A DNA stretch of 64,000 nucleotides from Maricaulis salignorans. GTDB lineage: Bacteria > Pseudomonadota > Alphaproteobacteria > Sphingomonadales > Sphingomonadaceae. Positions 20,564 through 30,867 of this stretch are shown here, piece after piece. The translations under genes were made by a program, and so were the position numbers. The stretch's first letter is position 1. Each line of letters starts with the position of its first letter. Location: contig CALRLP020000004.1 of NCBI GenBank assembly GCA_943368745.1, positions 17,617 to 81,616 on the forward strand, given 5' to 3'. The notes under the pieces are model-generated. The model did not search any database. It was given only the letters and a program-made list of their open reading frames with translations, and was not told the origin of the DNA.

Positions 20564-21217
20564 TTATTTCGGTTCAGATATGCCCGAAAAGTCCAGCTCG
20601 GCGGGTTTCTTTGCCGCATCGGTTTTGCCGTTATTTTCGATGATCGCAACGATGGCGTTCGCACGTCCGTCCTGAAGCGCATAATCGCGTGCAGAATATC
20701 CCGCCCGGCTATCCTTCTTGTCCGGATTTGCACCAGCCTTCAAAAGCGCGCGCACCGCTTCTGCATTGCGCAGTTGCACCGCCAGAATTAGCGCGGTTTC
20801 TCCAGCGCGATTGGTCTGGTCAATCTGTGCCTTTTTACGCGAAAGCCAATCAATGCCATCGATGAAGCCCAATTGCGTGGCGAGCATCAAAGGCGTCGTA
20901 CCTTTTTTGTCTGCCAAATTGGGGTTCGCACCTTTTTGTAAAAGATACCCAAGCCAAGAGGAATCACGGCGTTGAATGACGATGTGCAGCGCGGTTTCGC
21001 CGGTTGAATTGTCGCGCGTGTTGATAATCACCGTGCCGGGCTGTGCCAGAAACTTTTCCGCTTCTTCGCCCTTACGTTCGCGCACGGCTTTCAAGAAATT
21101 ATAGCTGTCGGAAAACTGGGCTTGTGCGGCAGGCGCAACAAGGCCAGCGCCTACCGGCAAGATCAGCCCTGCGGCCAAGGCGAGAAAAAACGGCTTTTTC
21201 AACTGACGATGCCCCAT
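20564..21217 (-). CDS. Exported ankyrin-repeat protein
   Basis: GETALH, GTTPLMLA, GETALILA ankyrin repeats after a signal peptide. Confidence 0.88.
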   Translation of the reverse strand: MGHRQLKKPFFLALAAGLILPVGAGLVAPAAQAQFSDSYNFLKAVRERKGEEAEKFLAQPGTVIINTRDNSTGETALHIVIQRRDSSWLGYLLQKGANPNLADKKGTTPLMLATQLGFIDGIDWLSRKKAQIDQTNRAGETALILAVQLRNAEAVRALLKAGANPDKKDSRAGYSARDYALQDGRANAIVAIIENNGKTDAAKKPAELDFSGISEPK

Positions 21218-21258
21218 TTAAATGTCCAACATACTTGATAACTGGTCTTTAGCAGACC

Positions 21259-21894
21259 ATGTCTGGCCCCGCTATGAACAAAAAACTGATTTTCACGCTC
21301 TCCGCCGCGCTTTTGCTGTCGGCATGTGATTCACCCCCCGCACAGCCCCCATTGAGCGAAGCACCACTGGCCGGTGCAACCATTGGCGGTGATTTTACGC
21401 TGACCGATCAAAATGGCAAAAAGCGGACCTTCAAGGAATTCGACGGCGCATATCGCATCGTCTATTTTGGCTACACCAACTGCCCCGATATCTGCACGCC
21501 CGACATGCAGAATCTGATGGCTGGGCTAAAGGCCTATGAGAAAAGCCATCCCGGGCTTGGCGCAAAGATTCAGCCGATTTTCATCACCGTTGATCCCCTG
21601 CGCGATACGCCAGAGGTGCTGAAACAATTCGTCAGCGCATTTCATCCGCGCGCGATTGGCCTCACCGGAACGGAGGCCGAAATTGCGGACGCAGCAAAGA
21701 AATTTGCGATTTACTCCAGCCGTGTCGAAGGCTCCTCACCCGAAAGCTACCTGATGAGCCATAGCCAGACACCCTATTTGATGGGGCCCGATGGCAAGCC
21801 TTTGGCGCTTATGCCCGCTGACGTACCCAATACCGACATCAATGAAGGCGCGCCTAATTTGGTTGAGGCGGAATTGGCAAAATGGGTGCGCTGA
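21259..21894 (+). CDS. SCO1/SenC family copper chaperone lipoprotein
   Basis: LSAC lipobox; FGYTNCPDICTP; ITVDP.RDT; SH motif. Confidence 0.92.
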   Translation: MSGPAMNKKLIFTLSAALLLSACDSPPAQPPLSEAPLAGATIGGDFTLTDQNGKKRTFKEFDGAYRIVYFGYTNCPDICTPDMQNLMAGLKAYEKSHPGLGAKIQPIFITVDPLRDTPEVLKQFVSAFHPRAIGLTGTEAEIADAAKKFAIYSSRVEGSSPESYLMSHSQTPYLMGPDGKPLALMPADVPNTDINEGAPNLVEAELAKWVR

Positions 21895-21895
21895 T

Positions 21896-22330
21896 TTGAA
21901 CGAAGCGCCTTTTTGGGAAGCTCCGATAGAGAGCCTCGACCGCGCACAATGGGAGGCATTGTGCGATGGTTGTGGAAAATGCTGTCTCAACAAGGTGGAA
22001 GACGAAGATACCGGCCGCATCTACCCCACCAATGTCGCCTGCAAATTGCTTGACCTGCAAACATGCCAATGTGCCGACTATCGCGGACGTCGGGCGATTG
22101 TGCCCGAATGTCTTCGGCTGACCGCGGACAAGATTGATGACTATGTCTGGCTGCCATCGACCTGCGCCTATGTCCTGCGCGCGGCGGGCAAACCACTTCC
22201 TGAATGGCATTATCTGGTGAGCGGAAGCCGCCAGACGATTCATGACGCTGGCATGTCGGTCAAAGGTCGGGCTATATCGGAACTGCATGCTGGGCCGCTT
22301 GAAAACCATATTGTCGAACAGCCTCTCTGA
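21896..22330 (+). CDS. YcgN/UPF0260 cysteine-cluster protein
   Basis: WEALCDGCGKCCLNK, NVACKLLD, CADY, WLPSTCAY; probable TTG start. Confidence 0.88.
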   Translation: MNEAPFWEAPIESLDRAQWEALCDGCGKCCLNKVEDEDTGRIYPTNVACKLLDLQTCQCADYRGRRAIVPECLRLTADKIDDYVWLPSTCAYVLRAAGKPLPEWHYLVSGSRQTIHDAGMSVKGRAISELHAGPLENHIVEQPL

Positions 22331-23021
22331 TCCTGAAGTGGTCATAGAAGGGGAGAGCGTACCCGTGCGCATTCGCCGCAACCCGCGCGCAAAGCGCATT
22401 TCGATGCGCGCCGATGCCGTGAAACGCGAAATCCGCATAACGATGCCGCATTATACGCCGACAAATGTCGCCCTCGATTTTGTCGAAAAGAAACGCGAAT
22501 GGATCGCCACGCGGTTAAACAGCGCGCCTGACATTGCCCCAATTGCCCCTGGCAGCGAAATCGCTGTCGAAGGCGAAAGCCACCTGATTGAATGGCGCGA
22601 AGAATGGCCGCGCAGCATTCGCTGCGGCGAAGGCATGCTGCGCTTGGGTGGTCCAAGAGAGTCGGTGGAAGCCCGCATCTTGCGATGGCTCAAGGGCGAA
22701 GCACGGCGGATATTCACGAAAGAAATCGCGCATTATTGCGACAAAGCCGGTGAGCCAGTCCCGCGCTTGTCGCTGGGCGATCCCCGCAGCCGCTGGGGCA
22801 GTTGTTCCAGCCGGGGGACCATTTCGCTCAGCTGGCGGCTGATCATGGCCCCTGCATCTGTGCGCCGCTCGGTCATCGCCCATGAGGTCGCGCATATGCG
22901 GCATATGAACCACAGCCCCGACTTCTACGCGTGGCTCGATGTTCTCTTTGAAGGGAACCGCAAGGCTGCGGACCAATGGCTGAAAATGCACGGTACGGGG
23001 CTGCAACGGGTTGGGCGATAA
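22287..23021 (+). CDS. M48/YgjP (SprT-like) zinc metalloprotease
   Basis: SRWGSCSS, SWRLIMAP, VIAHEVAHMRHMNHSPDF. Confidence 0.88.
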   Translation: MLGRLKTILSNSLSDPEVVIEGESVPVRIRRNPRAKRISMRADAVKREIRITMPHYTPTNVALDFVEKKREWIATRLNSAPDIAPIAPGSEIAVEGESHLIEWREEWPRSIRCGEGMLRLGGPRESVEARILRWLKGEARRIFTKEIAHYCDKAGEPVPRLSLGDPRSRWGSCSSRGTISLSWRLIMAPASVRRSVIAHEVAHMRHMNHSPDFYAWLDVLFEGNRKAADQWLKMHGTGLQRVGR

Positions 23022-23031
23022 GGAGAATCAG

Positions 23032-23214
23032 ATGCTCGAAATGCGGGACACATGCGAACGATGCACATCGCCACTGCCGATGGACAGCGGCGACGCGATG
23101 ATTTGCAGCTATGAATGCACCTTTTGCGCACCCTGCGTGCATGGCCCGCTGAATGGCCGCTGCCCCAATTGTGGCGGCGACCTTCAGCCAAGGCCAAAAC
23201 GCATTAAGAAATAA
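23032..23214 (+). CDS. DUF1272 family small Cys-rich protein
   Basis: MLEMRDTCERC...ICSYECTFC..C...CPNCGG.L..RP; RBS AGGAG. Confidence 0.88.
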   Translation: MLEMRDTCERCTSPLPMDSGDAMICSYECTFCAPCVHGPLNGRCPNCGGDLQPRPKRIKK

Positions 23215-23219
23215 TCAGG

Positions 23220-24044
23220 TCAGCCTTTGGCGATTTCGCCACCCAGCGCGCCATATTTCTTCTCAAAACCGGCAACATCGCCCGCCTCAAGATACTTGGC
23301 CTGATCAATCCAGTTATCGCGGCTGATGCGGCCGGCAAATGCACCGAGCTTGCCATCAATTTCCGCGACATCGGCGGCCGTCCAACTTGCCACTTGGGCA
23401 AAGCTGGTTACGCCCAATGCCTTGAGCATAGCGTTCACTTTCGGACCAAGCCCCTTCAACAATTCGAGATTGTCAGGGACCGATACCTTAGCCTTCGCCG
23501 CTGGTTTGGCGACCTTGGGCTTGGGTGCGGCTTCTGCCTTCACCTTCGCCGCTGCAGCTTTCGGCGCGGATTTGGGCGCAGGCGCAGCCTTTGCTTTTGC
23601 TGCTACAGGCTTTGCTGCTGGCTTGGGCGCTGCGACCTTGGCGACTGCGGCTTTCGGTTTAGCAGCCTTAGGTGCAGCAGGCTTCGGCGCTGCAGCTTTC
23701 GGAGCGGCTTTCGGCGCAGCTTTTGGGGCAGCTTTCGGTGCAGGCACCTTCGCCGTTTTGGCCTTTGCCGCAACTGGCTTGGCAACCGCTGCTGGCGCGG
23801 CCTTTGTTGCTGCAGCTTTCGCTGGTGCCTTTACCTTGGCTTTTGCGGTTTTCTTCGCTGGCGCAGGACCCTCCGTCAACTTAGGCGCAGCAGGCGCCTT
23901 CGCAACAGGTGCCGCAGGTGCTGACGAAGCGACGTCTTTCGGCTGCACAGCTGTCTTCTTCGCACCGTTACGCGCGAGCAACCACAATCCTAAAATGGCA
24001 ATAATGGCCACCGCACCAATGATAATCAGTAGATTGTTGGACAT
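23220..24044 (-). CDS. Membrane-anchored Ala/Lys/Pro-rich protein with C-terminal COG3743-type HhH domain
   Basis: N-terminal TM helix, ~170-aa PAK-rich linker, DNLELLKGLGPK...LGVTSFAQVASW...WIDQA. Confidence 0.75.
   Translation of the reverse strand: MSNNLLIIIGAVAIIAILGLWLLARNGAKKTAVQPKDVASSAPAAPVAKAPAAPKLTEGPAPAKKTAKAKVKAPAKAAATKAAPAAVAKPVAAKAKTAKVPAPKAAPKAAPKAAPKAAAPKPAAPKAAKPKAAVAKVAAPKPAAKPVAAKAKAAPAPKSAPKAAAAKVKAEAAPKPKVAKPAAKAKVSVPDNLELLKGLGPKVNAMLKALGVTSFAQVASWTAADVAEIDGKLGAFAGRISRDNWIDQAKYLEAGDVAGFEKKYGALGGEIAKG
23692..23739. repeat. 4 x 12-bp coding tandem repeat encoding (PKAA)4 on the minus strand
   Basis: GCAGCTTTCGGA, GCGGCTTTCGGC, GCAGCTTTTGGG, GCAGCTTTCGGT. Confidence 0.85.
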
Positions 24045-24113
24045 AAATATTCCTCCCAGAAAATCCCTCAATATGGCCTATGGATTACGCAATTTTTGCG
24101 GGGGGTGAAAGGG

Positions 24114-25418
24114 TTAATCCGCCGCAGCCACATGTGCGCGATTTGGTTCGTTCCCGGCTTCGCGCGCAACCTCACGCCAGCCAATGTCGCGGCGGCAAAA
24201 GCCATCGGGGAAAATCACCTGATCGACCGCTGCATATGCCTTCGCCTGCGCATCCGTCACATTTGCCCCAGTTGCGGTAACGTTTAACACACGCCCGCCC
24301 GCTGCCACCAATTGCCCGTCCACTTCGGCGGTGCCTGCATGAAATATCTTCGCGCCGGACACATGCGCCAGATCAATCGTGCCGCCCTTTTGGGGTACAT
24401 CGGGATAGCCATTCGCCGCCATGACGACCGTCAATGCCGTGTCGGACGAAAAGCTTGGAGCCGCCGCTTCAGAGAGCTTTCCGGTCGCAACCGCCAACAT
24501 CAAAACAGCAAGGTCGCCGTCAAAACGTGTCATCAAGACCTGGCACTCAGGATCACCAAAGCGCGCATTATATTCGATAAGCTTTGGCCCCTCATCGGTC
24601 AGCATGAGGCCCGCGAACAGCACGCCTGAATAAGGCATATCGTGCGCGGCCATATACGCGACTGTGGGCTTAATGATGCGGTCCATGACTTCGGCCTGCA
24701 ACGCAGTTGTCAGAACAATTGCGGGTGAATATGCGCCCATGCCGCCGGTGTTGGGGCCAACATCACCATCGCCGACCCGCTTATGATCCTGCGCAGACCC
24801 GAATGCGACCACGTCGCGGCCATCGGTCAGTGCGAAAAAGCTGGCTTCTTCTCCGGTCATAAATTCTTCGATGACAACAGAGGCGCCAGCGTCCCCAAAA
24901 CCGCCACCGAACATATCTTCAATCGCGGCCTCAGCATCAATGCGGGTTTCCGCGATAATCACGCCTTTGCCCGCAGCAAGGCCGTCAGCTTTAATGACAT
25001 AGGGTGCTTGAAATGCGTCGAGGCCAGATAGCGCAGACGCTTTGCTGTCATGCCGGTAATAGCCCGCTGTAGGGATACCAGCCGCGGCACATATATCTTT
25101 GGTAAAGCCTTTTGACCCTTCCAATTGTGCCGCCTTTTGATTGGGGCCGAAAACGGGAATGCCCGCATCGCGCAAGCTGTCGCCCAAGCCGGCAACAAGC
25201 GGTGCTTCTGGACCGACCACGACCAACCCGACATCATGCCCCGCGCAAAAGGATATGACCGCCGCGTGGTCGGATATGTTCAATGCAACCAGATCGGCCT
25301 CTTCAGCAATCCCGGGATTGCCCGGCGTGGCAAAGAGTGTATCGCAATTTGGCGATTGCGCGAGCTTCCACGCCAGCGCATGTTCGCGTCCACCCGATCC
25401 GATGAGCAAGATATTCAT
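24114..25418 (-). CDS. purD: Phosphoribosylamine-glycine ligase
   Basis: [57 protein letters not shown]. Confidence 0.97.
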   Translation of the reverse strand: MNILLIGSGGREHALAWKLAQSPNCDTLFATPGNPGIAEEADLVALNISDHAAVISFCAGHDVGLVVVGPEAPLVAGLGDSLRDAGIPVFGPNQKAAQLEGSKGFTKDICAAAGIPTAGYYRHDSKASALSGLDAFQAPYVIKADGLAAGKGVIIAETRIDAEAAIEDMFGGGFGDAGASVVIEEFMTGEEASFFALTDGRDVVAFGSAQDHKRVGDGDVGPNTGGMGAYSPAIVLTTALQAEVMDRIIKPTVAYMAAHDMPYSGVLFAGLMLTDEGPKLIEYNARFGDPECQVLMTRFDGDLAVLMLAVATGKLSEAAAPSFSSDTALTVVMAANGYPDVPQKGGTIDLAHVSGAKIFHAGTAEVDGQLVAAGGRVLNVTATGANVTDAQAKAYAAVDQVIFPDGFCRRDIGWREVAREAGNEPNRAHVAAAD

Positions 25419-26826
25419 GTCCGCAAATGACCCCTTTGAAAATGCTGACCCGCACGTTGCCCGCCTGTTAGCCGAGGAGCGGCCCGGCGACAATGCCCAG
25501 GCCATGAGTGTGTCGGAGTTATCGCTGGCGTTGAAGCGCACGGTTGAGGACCGCTTCGGTCATGTCCGCGTGCGCGGCGAGATTTCGGGTTTCAAACGCG
25601 CCGCGTCGGGCCATATTTATTTCTCGCTCAAAGACGAAAATGCGCGGCTGGACGCGGTCATGTGGAAAGGTGGGGCGGCGCGCCTGCCCTTCGCCCCTGA
25701 AGACGGACTGGAGGTTGTCGCCACGGGCAAATTGACGACCTATGCGGGCCGCTCGAACTATCAAATCGTCGTCGAAAGTCTGGAAGTCGCAGGCGAAGGC
25801 GCAATGATGCTTTTGTTTGAAAGGCTAAAGGCGCGGCTCGCCGCCGAAGGTTTATTTGCACCGGAACGCAAGAAAAGGCTTCCGTCACTGCCGCGTACGA
25901 TTGGCGTGGTAACCTCGCCAACCGGCGCAGTCATCCGTGATATACTCCACCGTCTTGCCGATCGCTTTCCAAGCCATGTGATCGTCTGGCCGGTATTGGT
26001 GCAAGGCGAAGGCGCCGCCGCGCAAATCGCGCGTGCGGTTAATGGATTTTCCGCCATGCCCCATGACGGAGCCACGCGTCGCCCGGACCTGGTCATCGTG
26101 GCGCGCGGCGGTGGGTCTATTGAGGACCTATGGGCCTTTAATGATGAGGCCGTCGTCCGTGCCGTCGCGGATTGTACGATACCCATCATATCGGCAGTCG
26201 GGCATGAAACCGATACAACTTTGTGCGACTTTGCCGCAGATTTGCGCGCGCCGACGCCGACCGCAGCGGCCGAGATTGCCGTTCCCGTACGCAGCGATTT
26301 GCTGCAACGTGTGGGGCAATTTGGGCTGCGCATGTCCAACATGATACGCAAAAAAGTCGACCTTGCGGCTGAACGACTTGAGGCACAGCGCCGTCTGATG
26401 CCGCGTCTGTCAGACCTTGCCGCCCCGCATCAGCAGCGCACCGACGACCTGTCTGAACGGCTTCGCCAATCGCTTCGGACCAGAGTGGGCAAGGCTGAAG
26501 TGGCTTTTTCTGCGCCCGCAATGATGCTGCATCCGCGTCTTTTGACAAGGCGCGCAGAGCAAGGGCAGCAGCGCCTTGATGCGTTGACGCGGCTGGTGAG
26601 CACATTGCATCCCGAGGCCCCGCTTAAGCGCGGCTTTGCGCGGGTGACCGATGCGAATGGCAAAACCATTATGACACGGGAAGCCGCCGTGAAAGCGGGT
26701 GACGTGACGTTGCGGTTTGTCGATGGCGAAGTCGGCGGGCAAGTAAGTGGCGGACCTGCACCGCGAATATCCACGCCGAAACCAGCAAAAGCGGCTGTCA
26801 ATCAAGGCAATTTGTTTGACGGGTAA
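25417..26826 (+). CDS. xseA: Exodeoxyribonuclease VII large subunit
   Basis: [56 protein letters not shown]; start 25417 uncertain (alternative 25504). Confidence 0.93.
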   Translation: MSANDPFENADPHVARLLAEERPGDNAQAMSVSELSLALKRTVEDRFGHVRVRGEISGFKRAASGHIYFSLKDENARLDAVMWKGGAARLPFAPEDGLEVVATGKLTTYAGRSNYQIVVESLEVAGEGAMMLLFERLKARLAAEGLFAPERKKRLPSLPRTIGVVTSPTGAVIRDILHRLADRFPSHVIVWPVLVQGEGAAAQIARAVNGFSAMPHDGATRRPDLVIVARGGGSIEDLWAFNDEAVVRAVADCTIPIISAVGHETDTTLCDFAADLRAPTPTAAAEIAVPVRSDLLQRVGQFGLRMSNMIRKKVDLAAERLEAQRRLMPRLSDLAAPHQQRTDDLSERLRQSLRTRVGKAEVAFSAPAMMLHPRLLTRRAEQGQQRLDALTRLVSTLHPEAPLKRGFARVTDANGKTIMTREAAVKAGDVTLRFVDGEVGGQVSGGPAPRISTPKPAKAAVNQGNLFDG

Positions 26827-26870
26827 AGCCGTGCATTGCCCATTCAGTATCGATGCGCCATAATGTCCAA

Positions 26871-27074
26871 ATGTTGATGTCTTCCAAGAATAAAGTCGCC
26901 CGCCTGCATTATATGGCAAATAGTTTTCGTATGCTGACCGCAGGCGACCATGTCGTGTGCGCCGAAACGGGGCAGGCCATTCCGTTGGAAGAATTGCGCT
27001 ATTGGAGCGTCGTCAAACAGGAGCCCTATGTCAGCGCCGATGCATCCGTTCGCGCGACGATGAAAAAGGGTTGA
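26871..27074 (+). CDS. DUF2093 family protein
   Basis: GDHVVCAETGQAIPLEELRYWSV..QEPY motif. Confidence 0.85.
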   Translation: MLMSSKNKVARLHYMANSFRMLTAGDHVVCAETGQAIPLEELRYWSVVKQEPYVSADASVRATMKKG

Positions 27075-27078
27075 TGGA

Positions 27079-27942
27079 TTGCAGCATTCCGGCTGGATTT
27101 GTTTAGCCGCCCTTGGGGGGATCGCCGCGCAGCCATTGAGCGCCGCGACTGCACCAACAGCACACACGCAACAGCCAGCTGCCCCCACAGATTTCTGGAT
27201 GTCTATGCCAGCGATACAAGGGGGTCTCGTCATCGCGCGTGCGCCACGCGGTGCAGTCTCCGTCACGCTGAACGGCGTTGCCCTGCCGCTGACAGCCGAC
27301 GGCTTTTTCCTGATGGGTTTCGACCGCGATGCCGAAAACAGCGCGATCCTGACCGCCACATTCGCCGATGGCCGGACGCTGGATCGCACTTTGGCCATAA
27401 CACCGGGCAACTGGCGGATTGAACATGTTTCTGCGAACCCGACGGGCGGCGCAAAAACGACCGCAGAGTTTACGGCAAGACGCGGCGCCGAGCTCGACCG
27501 CATAAATGCAGCGCGCGCCAAAACCACGCTGGGTAATGGCTGGCGGCAGGCATTCATTCGCCCAGTGGCTGGCCGGACGTCTGGCCTATTTGGCGCGCAG
27601 CGTATCTATAACGGGACGCCCGGCAGCTATCATAGCGGCATGGACATTGCCGCACCAAATGGGACAGATTTTGTCGCGCCGGCGGATGGTGTCGTCACGC
27701 TTGCGGCCACGGATGCCTTCACGCTGGAGGGGCATTTGCTGATGATTGATCATGGCATGGGCTTAAACAGCGCATTTTTACACTGCTCCGAACTTCTTGT
27801 AAAAGAAGGCGATTATGTGAAGCAGGGGCAAGTCATCGGACGCGTTGGCGCGACCGGACGGGCAAGCGGCCCGCATCTGCACTGGGGCATGAAATGGAAC
27901 AATGCGCGCATTGATCCCAAGTTGTTAATCCCCGCAACATAA
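27079..27942 (+). CDS. M23 family metallopeptidase, exported
   Basis: HSGMD, IDHGMG, FLHC, TGRASGPHLHWG motifs. Confidence 0.9.
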   Translation: MQHSGWICLAALGGIAAQPLSAATAPTAHTQQPAAPTDFWMSMPAIQGGLVIARAPRGAVSVTLNGVALPLTADGFFLMGFDRDAENSAILTATFADGRTLDRTLAITPGNWRIEHVSANPTGGAKTTAEFTARRGAELDRINAARAKTTLGNGWRQAFIRPVAGRTSGLFGAQRIYNGTPGSYHSGMDIAAPNGTDFVAPADGVVTLAATDAFTLEGHLLMIDHGMGLNSAFLHCSELLVKEGDYVKQGQVIGRVGATGRASGPHLHWGMKWNNARIDPKLLIPAT

Positions 27943-28030
27943 GCGGTCTTTGGCGGCGATGATGCTGTGCCATTGCCTGCATCTGGTTCTGTCTTGCTTT
28001 GAACATGCTGGCGCTTTGCGGCGAAGCGTT

Positions 28031-28055
28031 GGAACTATTGGGGGTGGCAGACATT
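28031..28055 (+). promoter_or_regulatory. EcfG-type promoter motif
   Basis: GGAAC-N16-CATT upstream of the response regulator. Confidence 0.55.
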
Positions 28056-28090
28056 TTCATTCCTAACGAAACAACGCCAGAGTAAACCCA

Positions 28091-28540
28091 ATGGGCAAGA
28101 AAATCCTGATTGTCGAAGACGAGTTTATCGTCGCCCTGAATTTGCGCCAGACCTTAGCGGCGCTGGGATTTGACACGCTGGGAATAGCGCCGGACGCGCG
28201 AACAGCATTTAAACTCGCAGACCAAAAACCCGATATTGCGCTCGTCGATGTCAATTTGCGGGATGGCGAAACTGGTCCGGGCATCGGGCGCAGGCTTGCG
28301 CATGAATATGGGGCCGTCGTATTATTTGTTACGGCAAATCCTGCGCGACTTGGTGATGGCATCGAAGGAACTCTTGGTTGCCTATGTAAACCTGTGGGCC
28401 ATGAGGAGGTTCAGGAGGCACTCGATTTCCTGCAGGACTTTCAAGACAATCCAGCAGCGACCCCGCCGCCAGCCCTGCGTATGTTTCGGAATGACAATGA
28501 CACTCGTGTGTCAGGCCGCGAAATGGAGCGCCACGGCTGA
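28091..28540 (+). CDS. Single-domain response regulator
   Basis: ILIVEDE, ALVDVNL, FVTAN, LCKP receiver motifs. Confidence 0.9.
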   Translation: MGKKILIVEDEFIVALNLRQTLAALGFDTLGIAPDARTAFKLADQKPDIALVDVNLRDGETGPGIGRRLAHEYGAVVLFVTANPARLGDGIEGTLGCLCKPVGHEEVQEALDFLQDFQDNPAATPPPALRMFRNDNDTRVSGREMERHG

Positions 28541-28542
28541 CT

Positions 28543-29994
28543 CTATAAATGCTCGGACGGAACGGTCATGATAACTTGAAGCCCCTCGCGATTCCAGAGC
28601 CGTTCAATTGTACCGCCAAGCTGGCTGGCAATGCCAATTTCAGAAAGCTGCGTTCCAAAGCCGGATCGTTCGGGAGTTAGGGGAACTTCTAGGCCGCCTG
28701 ACTCCGTCCAACGGATGACGACCTGTTCAGCCTGCATATCCGTCACAATATGCACTTCGCCCTCAGGCTTTGCCAATGCGCCATATTTCACAGCATTTGT
28801 GGCCAGTTCGTGGATGACCAAAGCGAGCGGCGTAGCGCTGCGTTCACTTACCGACACGTCCGTGCCGCTGATATGGCACCGGACCCTGCCGTCCATCTCA
28901 TAAGGCATCAAAATTTCTTGGATCAGCCCATGTAACTTAGTGAAATCGCGACCAGGATCAGAATAAGCGCTGTGTGGCCGCGCAAAGTTATGCGCTCGAC
29001 CCAGGGCGGAAATGCGGCCAGCCAGTTGCTTTGCAAACTTTGCCGACGACACATCCGCTGGTGTCGACAGCCCGATCAGTCCGGCAACAACCGCAAAGAT
29101 ATTTTTGATACGGTGGCTAAGCTCCCGGCTCATCAATTCGGTTCGTTCAGCAATCAACTTGCTCTCGTGGATATCCGTGCAAGTGCCAATCCAGCGCAAT
29201 ATTTGCCCCTTGTCGTCGCGCACGGGCAATGCGCGACCTAAGGTCCAGCGAAACTCTCCGCTATGGTGGCGCAAGCGATATTCGATTTCATAATCTTCGC
29301 CCGTCGCCACGGCGTGCCGCCATTTTGCAAACGCCTCTTCGCGATCATCAGGGTGAAACACGCCGTTCCACCCATCGCCATCGGTTGAACCATATGCCAT
29401 TCCGGTGAATTCATACCACCGGGCATTAAAATAATCATGCGCCCCATCTGGCTTGGTTGACCACACCATCTGCGGCAGCGCATCGGTCAACGCTTTGAAC
29501 TTGGCTTCACTCACCAGCAGAGCTTCTTTCGCGCTCAGCCCGCTCTCATATTCCGAATTGGTGCCAATCCACCGCACGATTTCATTATTTTTGCCCAGCA
29601 CAGGCACAATACGCGTCAGAAACTGGCGAAAAATGCCGTCCGCACCGCGCAATGGAAATACCATTTCAAACGCGTTGCCGTTTGCAATCGACCGTTTCCA
29701 TTTTTCAAGGACCTTGGACAACTCGAGCGGATCGTGAACACTTTGCCAGCCCCAACCTTCCATCGACTTGGGCGTCGACCCGCAATAGTCATGCCAGCGT
29801 CTGTTGTACCAATATATATAGCCGTCGCCCCGCGCTATCCAGCACAGCGCAGGTATATTATCCGCCAGTAAACGAAAATCTGCGTCGCTTGGCTGAACCG
29901 GTTTATCCGATGACAGTAATTCAGGCGCGACACTGGGTGTCCGCCAATAATCGTGCTCGACATCGTTCGCTAATTTTGGCCATTTATAGATCAT
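28543..29994 (-). CDS. Cytoplasmic PAS-PAS HWE histidine kinase
   Basis: Two PAS-type domains; ELSHRIKN H-box; HELATNAVKYGAL; RWTESGG. Confidence 0.92.
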   Translation of the reverse strand: MIYKWPKLANDVEHDYWRTPSVAPELLSSDKPVQPSDADFRLLADNIPALCWIARGDGYIYWYNRRWHDYCGSTPKSMEGWGWQSVHDPLELSKVLEKWKRSIANGNAFEMVFPLRGADGIFRQFLTRIVPVLGKNNEIVRWIGTNSEYESGLSAKEALLVSEAKFKALTDALPQMVWSTKPDGAHDYFNARWYEFTGMAYGSTDGDGWNGVFHPDDREEAFAKWRHAVATGEDYEIEYRLRHHSGEFRWTLGRALPVRDDKGQILRWIGTCTDIHESKLIAERTELMSRELSHRIKNIFAVVAGLIGLSTPADVSSAKFAKQLAGRISALGRAHNFARPHSAYSDPGRDFTKLHGLIQEILMPYEMDGRVRCHISGTDVSVSERSATPLALVIHELATNAVKYGALAKPEGEVHIVTDMQAEQVVIRWTESGGLEVPLTPERSGFGTQLSEIGIASQLGGTIERLWNREGLQVIMTVPSEHL

Positions 29995-30133
29995 GCGTGT
30001 TTGTCGGTTCTTTCAGATGGCGTCGACATTTTCCAAAAATGCCAGAGGCCCGTTCCATCGTATGACAGATACGCTGCCCAAATTGATATGCCGCAGGTAT
30101 ATTCGCAGCTTTGGCATTTCGGGAGGCTGAACG

Positions 30134-30158
30134 GAAACAAACCACAGCGCCATGCGTT
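30134..30158 (+). promoter_or_regulatory. EcfG-type promoter motif
   Basis: GAAAC-N16-CGTT 33 nt before ATG 30192. Confidence 0.6.
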
Positions 30159-30191
30159 CTATTTTCGCAACAACCTCTAGGAGACGTCATC

Positions 30192-30647
30192 ATGGAAGCC
30201 CGTCATTACGACATCGAAACAGTGAACCAACTCATCAAAACAACGATCGACAGCGTAGATGGATATCGGTCCGCTGCCGAAGCCGCGGACAGCCAGCAAT
30301 TTCAGTCAATTTTTTTCGAACGCGCGAATGAACGGCAGCAGGTTGCCGATCAATTACGCAATCATGTGCGTTCGCTTGGTGGCGATCCCGAAGATGATGG
30401 CTCGCTCGCCGCGGGCGCACACCGCATGTTTATGAGCTTACGCGACGCGATAACGGGTTCAGACGACCAAGCAGTGGTCGCAGAAGTCGAACGTGGCGAA
30501 GATTATATTAAAGCCAAATTCGAAGCAGCTTTGGAAGATGGGAACCTTGGAATGGAAACGCGCACGATGATTAGCCAGTGCTATGATTCGGTAAAATCGG
30601 GCCATGACCAAATGCGTGATTTGAAGAACGGCATGCGCGCGGGCTAA
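30192..30647 (+). CDS. PA2169/DUF2383 family four-helix-bundle stress protein
   Basis: LIKTTIDSVDGY, HRMFMSL, EVERGED motifs; RBS AGGAG. Confidence 0.88.
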   Translation: MEARHYDIETVNQLIKTTIDSVDGYRSAAEAADSQQFQSIFFERANERQQVADQLRNHVRSLGGDPEDDGSLAAGAHRMFMSLRDAITGSDDQAVVAEVERGEDYIKAKFEAALEDGNLGMETRTMISQCYDSVKSGHDQMRDLKNGMRAG

Positions 30648-30681
30648 GGCAACGTCGGCGGGGATTCCCGTCGGACTGTTG

Positions 30682-30728
30682 AAAACGAAACCTCGTCAGT
30701 TGATCGCTCTGGCAGGGTTTTGTTTTTT
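30682..30728 (+). terminator. Intrinsic terminator after the PA2169-family gene
   Basis: Imperfect stem AAAACGAAACCTCGTCAG/CTGGCAGGGTTTTGTTTT ending in a T-run. Confidence 0.55.
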
Positions 30729-30745
30729 GTCCCGTCTGCACAACG

Positions 30746-30862
30746 AAAAACACCCCGGCACGCGGCCGAGGTGTTCAAGGTGCTGGTCTACGGGGGGGGG
30801 AGGGCGACCAGCAGGGTAAACTATATTTCGCGAACCTAAGCGCGCAAATATATCGTTTAGAT
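30746..30862 (-). ncRNA. Candidate EcfG-dependent sRNA (~117 nt) with C-rich loop, GsrN-like architecture
   Basis: Consensus EcfG promoter upstream; 5' hairpin (30818-30858); 8-bp stem UGCUGGUC/GACCAGCA with loop GCCCUCCCCCCCCCGUA; intrinsic terminator 30746-30775; 5' end estimated. Confidence 0.7.
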
Positions 30863-30867
30863 GGGTA

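Noticed and set aside
23326-24108. 260-aa plus-strand ORF rich in Ala/Phe/Gly
   Set aside because: Antisense shadow of the Ala/Lys/Pro-rich gene; its composition follows from the reverse complement.
30034-30056. EcfG promoter for the HWE kinase
   Set aside because: GGAAC is present on the minus strand but the base at the -10 position reads TGGA, not (C)GTT.
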